DNA of 64,000 bases, taken from positions 388,072 to 452,071 of the forward strand of contig CAVYQE010000011.1 of the NCBI GenBank assembly GCA_963770565.1, in the 5' to 3' direction. Each line of letters begins with the position of its first letter. Position 1 is the first letter of the stretch. The notes beneath the pieces are model-generated. The model was given only the letters and a program-made list of their open reading frames with translations, was not told the DNA's origin and ran no database searches. Below are positions 57,534 to 64,000 of the stretch, piece by piece. The translations under genes were made by a program, and so were the position numbers. The stretch is from an uncultured Actinomycetota bacterium (lineage in GTDB: Bacteria; Actinomycetota; Actinomycetes; JAFAQI01).

Positions 57534-60044
57534 TCAGTGACGCACGATCAGGGCGTCGAGGTCGATTGTCGTCCTGGTCGACGCGGGGTCCTTGTGACCG
57601 GTGTAACGGAAGGCGAACGTCCGAGGCCGGTCCTTGGTCGCGGCGGTGCCGAAGAAAGCGATCCGGCGATGACCGGCGTGCGCGGAGTACAGATCGTAGG
57701 TGCCGAGCGCCGCGCCGGCATGGTCGATGGTCAGCTCGCCGTAGGCCGGTCCGGTGCGGACCTCGAGCACGTAGCGACGACCGGTTTCGGTGATGGTCGC
57801 GAACGACCCGCGGTCGTCGGTGGTGACGATCGAGCCCGCGTAGTCGTGCGGCCCGCTGACCCGGGTCCAGCTGCCATGGAAAGTGAACGCGCGATCGTCG
57901 TGCGGCACGACCAGGACCTTGGTGAACACCGGCGAGGCCTGCCCGGCGAGATCGCGCTCCGTCACCGAAAGCCGGTAGCTGCCACCGGGTCGGGTCACCA
58001 ATCGATGTGATCCGATCGACGCTGCGGATCGAGCCCGGTAGACCACTGCATTGTCGCTCTCGCGAGTGACCGTCACGGTCGCGCCTACCGCGGCAAGCTG
58101 CCCCTTCGACGCTGGCGCGGGCCCCCAGCTCACGACGGCCGCGGTCGGCCGGGTCGGGCTGTGCGGACTCGACAGCCGGATCGTCCCGGCGGCGTCCTGC
58201 GGTTGCGGCGCGAAGATGAACGGTGCGATCCGCGGCCACAGCGGCGCGCCGAGACCGGTGAGCGTGTCGTACCCGGGTTGCGCCGTGACCGGCAGCTCGG
58301 CGGCCTTGCCCCTGGCCGCGCGCCGATCGACGTCCGCCTGGCTGCCATTGACCCCGACGGTGACGTCCCGGAACGCGCCGTTGTGCACGGCGTACGCCGA
58401 GTAGAGCGCGTCGTGGATGTCGCCGACGCCGGCGGTCGCGCCGTGCGCGCCGAGCAGGTCGGCGAACAGCGCCGCCGCCTCCGGGGAGGACAGGCTGGTC
58501 CCGCCGATCGCGAAGGTCTTCGGGCGACATGTGGGTGCGTGGTGCGGCGCGCAGGACTTCACGTCCGACGGGTCCGAGGTGAGCACGCCGAGGCCGGTCG
58601 CCGGATCGCCGTCGTCGGCGATGTCCGGCACCAGCCGATTCGGCTGTGCGCCGAACCGGCCCTTCTTGCCCGTTGTGGTGGTGAAGCGGTGATCGCCGAG
58701 GGCGGCTGCCTGATATGACGGCATCCCGAACACTGCCGACTCGCCGCCGCCGGAACCGCCGGTGTCCTTCGGTTTGGTTCCCTGGCAGGTCTCGGGCGAG
58801 GTGCACCGCCAAGTCTTGTCGACCCAGTTCGTGCCAGTGTTCGGCGCCCGCGGACCGACCGGCCGAAGCCGGGTGCCGCCGACTCCGACCACCTCGGGCG
58901 AGGACGCCGGGTAGTCGACCGCGATCTTGGTGGACGCCGGGAGGTCGCCGCAGTCGTAGACGCCGCTGTCACCCGAGGCAGCGAAGACCGTGACGCCCGC
59001 GGCGGTGAGCGACTTCAGCACGTTCTCGACCGCCGTGATCGTCTCGCCGTCGAAGGCGAAATCGAACTCGTCCTCGCAGGATCCCCACGAGGTCGACAGC
59101 GCAACGATCTTCTGGTCGCCACCGCCAACTGCGTCGGGACCTTGGGTGACGTCGGAGACCACCTGGCCGATGTCCTCGGCGTACCCCGCGGCACTGTTGT
59201 TGGGATTGAAGTACGCCCGCTGGTCGGCGCTCGGATCGGTCGTGAGGATGGTCTCCTGGTCGAGATCGACCTCTTCGTCGGCACTGTGCTCGCCCCGGCT
59301 CGCGATCGGCACCTTGTTGCCGGGCTCGCCGACCGGGATCTGGACGTACTGGCCGCTCGCGACCGGATCAGTCTTCAGGTGGATCGAGGCGGCGTAGTCG
59401 GCGAGGTCCTGTGGATTCCAGCCGGCGAACTGCAAGGTGGCGATCGTGAGTGGCCCGTTGACGTCGCGGCCGGTGGCCGGCGACACGTGCGGTGCGGTGT
59501 AGGCGTTTCGGAAGTCGGTCCCGGTGCGGCAGCCCAGCCGGCAGCTGTCCAGCGGGGTGAACAGCGCAGGTCCGGCAGTGGGAAGCACGGCCGCGGCCAG
59601 CCCGGCAAGGGGCGCCGGCACGCGAGGGAAGACCGCAGTCGCGTTCCCGGTCGCTGGTCGGGTGGGCGTGCCGAAGATCGACTCGGCGGTGGCGACCGGA
59701 GCCGTCGCGGTGATCGTCCACGCGGTCTCACTCGTGACCGTGAAGCCGTCCGCGTGCAGCTGGTCGACCACCTGCCGGTGCGTCCCGACCGACGGCAGGA
59801 GCGGCGCCAGGTCGGCCACCCGCAGCGCGTGGTCGAGTCCTTGTGCGGACGCCAGCCGATCGAGGCCGGGCTGGTCCGGTGCCTTGAGCAGGATCGTCAC
59901 CGACGTGGTGGTCGTCGCGGCATCGGCAAGGGTGGCGGAAGTCGGGCCTGCCGTCAGCGCCACCATGGTGAAGCCGGCCGCCAGGACGCGGACGATTCGG
60001 GCCAGGCGGAGCATCGGGTCTGGATGTCGACGGGCCACTGGCAT
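57534..60044 (-). CDS. secreted S53 (sedolisin/kumamolisin-type) serine peptidase with pro-domain and extra C-terminal domain
   Basis: Signal peptide; subtilisin-like Ser motif [24 protein letters not shown]; the ORF-track 5' extension beyond 60044 is antisense to recO. Confidence 0.75.
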   Translation of the reverse strand: MPVARRHPDPMLRLARIVRVLAAGFTMVALTAGPTSATLADAATTTTSVTILLKAPDQPGLDRLASAQGLDHALRVADLAPLLPSVGTHRQVVDQLHADGFTVTSETAWTITATAPVATAESIFGTPTRPATGNATAVFPRVPAPLAGLAAAVLPTAGPALFTPLDSCRLGCRTGTDFRNAYTAPHVSPATGRDVNGPLTIATLQFAGWNPQDLADYAASIHLKTDPVASGQYVQIPVGEPGNKVPIASRGEHSADEEVDLDQETILTTDPSADQRAYFNPNNSAAGYAEDIGQVVSDVTQGPDAVGGGDQKIVALSTSWGSCEDEFDFAFDGETITAVENVLKSLTAAGVTVFAASGDSGVYDCGDLPASTKIAVDYPASSPEVVGVGGTRLRPVGPRAPNTGTNWVDKTWRCTSPETCQGTKPKDTGGSGGGESAVFGMPSYQAAALGDHRFTTTTGKKGRFGAQPNRLVPDIADDGDPATGLGVLTSDPSDVKSCAPHHAPTCRPKTFAIGGTSLSSPEAAALFADLLGAHGATAGVGDIHDALYSAYAVHNGAFRDVTVGVNGSQADVDRRAARGKAAELPVTAQPGYDTLTGLGAPLWPRIAPFIFAPQPQDAAGTIRLSSPHSPTRPTAAVVSWGPAPASKGQLAAVGATVTVTRESDNAVVYRARSAASIGSHRLVTRPGGSYRLSVTERDLAGQASPVFTKVLVVPHDDRAFTFHGSWTRVSGPHDYAGSIVTTDDRGSFATITETGRRYVLEVRTGPAYGELTIDHAGAALGTYDLYSAHAGHRRIAFFGTAATKDRPRTFAFRYTGHKDPASTRTTIDLDALIVRH

Positions 60045-60109
60045 TGGATTCACGCTACCCGTCGGCTGCGTCGGAGCTTCCAAGTCGGAGTCGGGGGAGA
60101 GAATGGGCG

Positions 60110-60842
60110 GATGCCGCTCTACCGCGACGAAGCCGTCGTGCTTCGCACCCAGAAGCTGGGTGAGGCGGATCGGATCGTGACCCTGCTGACCCGCCAACAC
60201 GGCCGGGTGCGGGCGGTGGCCAAGGGAGTGCGGCGTACCGGGTCGCGGTTCGGCGCGCGGGTCGAGCCGTTCTCCCACGTCGACCTTCAGCTCTACGAGG
60301 GCCGCTCGCTCGACACCGTGACCCAGGCCGAAACCCTCGAGCCGTACGGCGAGCGGATCGCCGCCGACTACGGCCGCTACACCGCCGGCACCGCGGTGCT
60401 CGAGACCGCCGAGCGGCTCAGTGCGGAGGAGCGCGAGCCGTCGCTTCGGCTCTACCTGCTGGTGGTCGGGGCGTTGCGGGCGCTCGCCGAGTCGCAACAT
60501 TCGCCGACCCTGGTGCTCGACGCCTTCATCCTGCGGGCGATGGCGATCGCCGGCTACGAGCCGGTGCTCGATGCCTGCGCGGTGTGCGGCGAGCCGGGCT
60601 TGCACCGCTACTTCGCGTCCGCGCTGGGTGGTCTGGTCTGCCCCGACCATCGCCCGCCGGGCGCCGCGAACGTCGCGCCGGCGTCCCTCGAGCTGATGGT
60701 GGCGCTGCTCAACGGCGACTGGGCGGTTGCCGACGCGGCCACCGACCGAGCCCAGCGCGAGACCAGCGGGCTGGTCGCGGCCTACCTGCAGTGGCACCTC
60801 GAGCGCGGGTTGCGCTCGCTGCGTCTCGTCGAGCGCCCATGA
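60110..60842 (+). CDS. recO: DNA repair protein RecO
   Basis: N-terminal [42 protein letters not shown]; Zn-finger CAVCG...CPDH. Confidence 0.9.
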
Positions 60843-61642
60843 GGTCTCGGGGCGCGGAGTCGGGTCGAGCCACGCCCGTGCGGCCGCCGACCCCGCACGC
60901 GTCGGGAGCACGCCCGCCCGACGTCCCGCCCGATCTGGTGCCCCGACATGTCGCGATCGTGATGGACGGCAACGGGCGGTGGGCCAAGCAGCGCGGCTTG
61001 CCCCGGACGGTCGGCCATGAGCAGGGCGAGAGCTCGCTGTTCGACGTCGTGGAGGGCGCCATCGAGATCGGCGTGAAGTGGTTGTCGGCGTACGCGTTCT
61101 CGACCGAGAACTGGAAGCGGTCGCCCGACGAGGTGCGGTTCCTGATGGGGTTCAACCGCGATGTGATCCGGCGCCGGCGCGACGAGATGCACGCGATGGG
61201 CGTCCGGGTGCGGTGGGCCGGGCGCCGGCCGCGGCTATGGCGCTCGGTGATCCGGGAGCTCGAGATCGCCGAGGAGATGACCCGCCACAACCGGGTGCTG
61301 ACCCTCACGATGTGCGTCAACTACGGCGGCCGCGCCGAGATCGCGGATGCCGCCGCGGCGTTGGCGCGCGATGTCGCCGCCGGGCGGCTCGACCCGGACA
61401 AGGTCACCGACCGGGTGTTCGCGCACTATCTCGACGAGCCGGAGATGCCGGACGTCGACTTGTTCGTGCGCTCGTCGGGCGAGCAGCGGACGTCCAACTT
61501 CCTGCTCTGGCAGTCCGCCTACGCCGAAATGGTCTTCCAGGACACCCTCTGGCCGGACTACGACCGGCTGACGCTGTGGTCGGCGATCGAGGAGTACGCC
61601 CGCCGGGACCGTCGCTACGGTGGTGCGCAGGAGGATCTGTGA
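60839..61642 (+). CDS. uppS: isoprenyl transferase (undecaprenyl/decaprenyl diphosphate synthase family)
   Basis: ATGA overlap with recO; motifs [13 protein letters not shown] and FSTENWKR. Confidence 0.9.
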   Translation: MRSRGAESGRATPVRPPTPHASGARPPDVPPDLVPRHVAIVMDGNGRWAKQRGLPRTVGHEQGESSLFDVVEGAIEIGVKWLSAYAFSTENWKRSPDEVRFLMGFNRDVIRRRRDEMHAMGVRVRWAGRRPRLWRSVIRELEIAEEMTRHNRVLTLTMCVNYGGRAEIADAAAALARDVAAGRLDPDKVTDRVFAHYLDEPEMPDVDLFVRSSGEQRTSNFLLWQSAYAEMVFQDTLWPDYDRLTLWSAIEEYARRDRRYGGAQEDL

Positions 61643-62007
61643 GGCTGCACCACGTCAACATCGTCGTACGACCCGGCGAGACCGATCGGCTGCTCGACTT
61701 CTATACCGAGGTGCTCGGGCTGGCGCAGGTCGAGAAACCGAGCGAGGGTACGACGCCCGGCGGCGCCTGGTTCGACATCGACGAGGCCCACCAATTGCAC
61801 ATCTCCGAGCGGGTCGATGCGGTCATGCACGACGACATGCACTTCGGTCTGGTCGTCGACGACTTCGACGCTGTGCTGGCCCGGATTGCGGCCGCGGGTG
61901 CGCCATGGCGCCCGCAGGCGGATCTGTTCGGCGGGCGGCGCGGATCGACCCGCGATCCGCTCGGCAACCGGATCGAGCTGCTCGAGCCGGTCGGCCAACT
62001 CGGGTAG
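61639..62007 (+). CDS. VOC/glyoxalase family protein
   Basis: GTGA overlap with uppS; HHVNIVV ... E...H metal-binding pattern. Confidence 0.75.
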   Translation: MRLHHVNIVVRPGETDRLLDFYTEVLGLAQVEKPSEGTTPGGAWFDIDEAHQLHISERVDAVMHDDMHFGLVVDDFDAVLARIAAAGAPWRPQADLFGGRRGSTRDPLGNRIELLEPVGQLG

Positions 62008-62017
62008 GCCGCCCGCG

Positions 62018-62248
62018 CTAGCCGCCGAACCGCGCGGCTGCGACGACGGCGATCAAGACGATCACTGCGAGCCTCAGCACCCGGTCGCCGGTCCGCAGCA
62101 CCGGCCAGGTCACCGTGGCGAGTCCGATCAGGACGAGGTCGGTTGCGGTCAGCAGTGCGCCGCTGAGGACGCCGTGGGTGAACAGGCCGGAGACGAAGAG
62201 TGCGCCCACACCGAGCGCGCCCAGCAGCAAGACCAACCGGCGAGGCAT
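62018..62248 (-). CDS. small two-TM membrane protein (76 aa)
   Basis: ATG 62248 with SD GAGGA 8 nt upstream; two hydrophobic helices. Confidence 0.35.
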   Translation of the reverse strand: MPRRLVLLLGALGVGALFVSGLFTHGVLSGALLTATDLVLIGLATVTWPVLRTGDRVLRLAVIVLIAVVAAARFGG

Positions 62249-62267
62249 AGGTGACATCCTCACAGGC

Positions 62268-62549
62268 GTGCTCGTCGTCGCGCGGCTGCGCCCACCCGAA
62301 GACCTCGCGTCGTTCCGCGCCGGCGTCCATGCCGCGCTGGATGCGCTCTCGGCGCGACCCGGCCACGTGCAGAGCCGGCTCGCCCAGGCGCTCGAGGACC
62401 CGGCGGTTTGGGTGCTCGTCAGCGAGTGGCTCGACGTCGGGTCGTACCGCCGAGCGTTGTCGTCGTACGACGTGCGGATGGCCAGCGCGGCTCTGATGGG
62501 TGCGGTCATTGACGAGCCGACCGCGTTCGAGGTCGTCGACCAGACCTAG
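62268..62549 (+). CDS. ABM (antibiotic-biosynthesis monooxygenase/Dabb) domain protein
   Basis: 93-aa frame [10 protein letters not shown]...[18 protein letters not shown]; GTG start, weak SD. Confidence 0.45.
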   Translation: MLVVARLRPPEDLASFRAGVHAALDALSARPGHVQSRLAQALEDPAVWVLVSEWLDVGSYRRALSSYDVRMASAALMGAVIDEPTAFEVVDQT

Positions 62550-62625
62550 GGCGGCGGGTCGCCTGTGCGGATCGCGGCTAGGCTTGCGTCTTCCCGCCGA
62601 CCGCCAGCCGGATGGAGCCCGCCGA

Positions 62626-64000
62626 ATGGCCAGCAACGCGCCCGCACGAGACGCCTCCCGGATCGAGGAGCTCGTCAGCCTCTGCAAGCGCCGGGGGATC
62701 GTCTTCCCCTCTTCCGAGATCTACGGCGGAAGCCGCTCGGCCTGGGACTACGGCCCGCTCGGCGTCGAGCTCAAGGAGAACATCCGCAAACAGTGGTGGC
62801 GGGCGATGGTCCAGACCCGCGACGACGTGGTCGGGCTCGACTCGGCGGTGATCCTCGCCCCTGAGGTGTGGAAGGCGTCTGGTCACCTCGACGCGTTCGT
62901 CGACCCGCTGGTCGAGTGCCAGTCGTGTCACAAGCGCTTCCGAGAGGACCATCTGCGCGAGGAGTTCGCCGAGCGGAAGAAGATCGCCGACCCCGACAGC
63001 ATCGCGATGTCGACCGTCGTCTGCCCGCACTGCGGCACCCGTGGCGCGTGGACCGAGCCGCGGACCTTCAACGGGCTGATGACGACCTATCTCGGCGCGA
63101 CCGAGGACGAAGGGTCTCTGCACTACCTCCGCCCGGAGACCGCGCAGGGCATCTTCATCAACTTCCTCAACGTGATGACTGCTTCCCGGCGGCGGCCGCC
63201 GTTCGGCATCGCTCAGGTCGGCAAGTCGTTCCGCAACGAGATCACCCCCGGCAACTTCATCTTCCGCACTCGCGAGTTCGAGCAGATGGAGATGGAGTTC
63301 TTCGTCGTACCGGGCACTGACGAGGAGTGGCACGAGACCTGGATCGAGAACCGCTGGAACTGGTACGTCGACCTCGGGTTGGCCGAGGACGACCTCCGCC
63401 GCTTCGAGCACCCGAAGGAGAAGCTGTCGCACTACTCGAAGCGGACCGTCGACATCGAGTACCGGTTCCGCTTCGGCGGCTCGGAGTGGGGCGAGCTCGA
63501 GGGGATCGCAAACCGGACCGACTTCGACCTGAAGACGCACGCCGAGCACTCCGGGGCGGACCTGACGTACTTCGACCAGGACAAGAGCGAGCGGTGGACG
63601 CCGTACGTCATCGAGCCGGCCGCCGGGCTGACCCGCTGCGTCCTGGCCTTCCTGCTCGGCGCGCTCTCGACCGACGAGGCGCCGAACGCGAAGGGCGTGC
63701 TGGAGAAGCGGACCGTGATGCGCCTCGACCCGCGGCTGGCGCCGGTGAAGGTCGCGGTGCTCCCGCTGTCGCGCAACGCCGAGCTGTCGCCGAAGGCCAA
63801 GGCGCTCGCCGAGCAGCTTCGGCAGCGGTGGAACGTGGAGTTCGATGATGCCGGTGCGATCGGCCGCCGCTACCGCCGGCAGGACGAGATCGGTACGCCG
63901 TTCTGCATCACGATCGACTTCGAGACCCTCGACGACGACGCGGCGACCATCCGCTCGCGCGACACGATGAAGCAGGAGCGGATCCCCCTCGGAGGCGTCG
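62626..64000 (+). CDS. glyQS: glycine--tRNA ligase (dimeric GlyQS type), 3' end beyond window; absent from ORF track because no stop codon falls in the window
   Basis: Own translation from ATG 62626 gives [58 protein letters not shown]...; open frame to 64000. Confidence 0.9.
   Translation, partial: MASNAPARDASRIEELVSLCKRRGIVFPSSEIYGGSRSAWDYGPLGVELKENIRKQWWRAMVQTRDDVVGLDSAVILAPEVWKASGHLDAFVDPLVECQSCHKRFREDHLREEFAERKKIADPDSIAMSTVVCPHCGTRGAWTEPRTFNGLMTTYLGATEDEGSLHYLRPETAQGIFINFLNVMTASRRRPPFGIAQVGKSFRNEITPGNFIFRTREFEQMEMEFFVVPGTDEEWHETWIENRWNWYVDLGLAEDDLRRFEHPKEKLSHYSKRTVDIEYRFRFGGSEWGELEGIANRTDFDLKTHAEHSGADLTYFDQDKSERWTPYVIEPAAGLTRCVLAFLLGALSTDEAPNAKGVLEKRTVMRLDPRLAPVKVAVLPLSRNAELSPKAKALAEQLRQRWNVEFDDAGAIGRRYRRQDEIGTPFCITIDFETLDDDAATIRSRDTMKQERIPLGGV

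Noticed and set aside
60045-60911. N-terminal 289 codons of the 1125-aa minus-strand ORF 57534..60911
   Set aside because: They are antisense to recO (60110-60842) with low-complexity Arg/Gly-rich translation; the genuine peptidase starts at ATG 60044 with a signal peptide.

Overview
This is a high-GC actinobacterial chromosomal segment (Nocardioides/Propionibacteriales-like composition). Most alternative-frame and antisense ORFs in the track are GC artefacts.

The right half (about 31.5-64 kb) is a conserved core backbone: leuS-comEA-comEC-holA | rpsT / lepA-hemW | hrcA-dnaJ-rsmE-HIT-phoH-ybeY-corC-(degenerate cdd-like)-era-recO-uppS-glyQS. The last gene runs off the window and is absent from the ORF track. 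Small accessory insertions punctuate this backbone: a CstR/CsoR-family-controlled sulfide-oxidation island (OsmC, DsrE, TusE/DsrC-like, SQR) between holA and rpsT; an MFS transporter plus a short adenylate kinase; an ECF sigma/anti-sigma pair plus a DinB-like protein; DUF2071; GNAT; and a large S53 sedolisin-type peptidase wedged antisense between era and recO.

The left half (0-31 kb) is accessory. It holds an EAL protein, a TetR-MFS pair with a 26-bp perfect operator, and a tightly translationally coupled operon. That operon links a second-copy enolase and a glycerate 2-kinase to two class-III aminotransferases, an FAD oxidoreductase and an Opp/Dpp-type ABC importer. Also present are an efeO-efeB pair without efeU plus a phosphoesterase, a third aminotransferase paralog, aroA, a GntR regulator, an SDR, a GH5 cellulase, a fatty-acid-hydroxylase-like protein, a secreted repeat protein, a zinc-dehydrogenase, DUF1684 and an L,D-transpeptidase.

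Non-coding highlights:
- twin 61-bp palindromic elements with identical 15-bp arms (35079-35139 and 50768-50828), each embedding an SD-preceded mini-ORF MAKR...FAMIN
- an attenuator-like leader (alternative hairpins plus a U-tract, possible Leu-Leu-Leu leader peptide) upstream of leuS
- CIRCE upstream of hrcA
- CsoR-type ATACCC-N4-GGGTAT operators
- GTTGACAA direct repeats and a promoter ahead of the enolase operon
- tandem ~30-bp repeats at 47713-47803
- a 158-bp element bounded by 17-bp inverted repeats, exactly filling a convergent intergenic gap

No rRNA, tRNA, CRISPR array or transposase was found.
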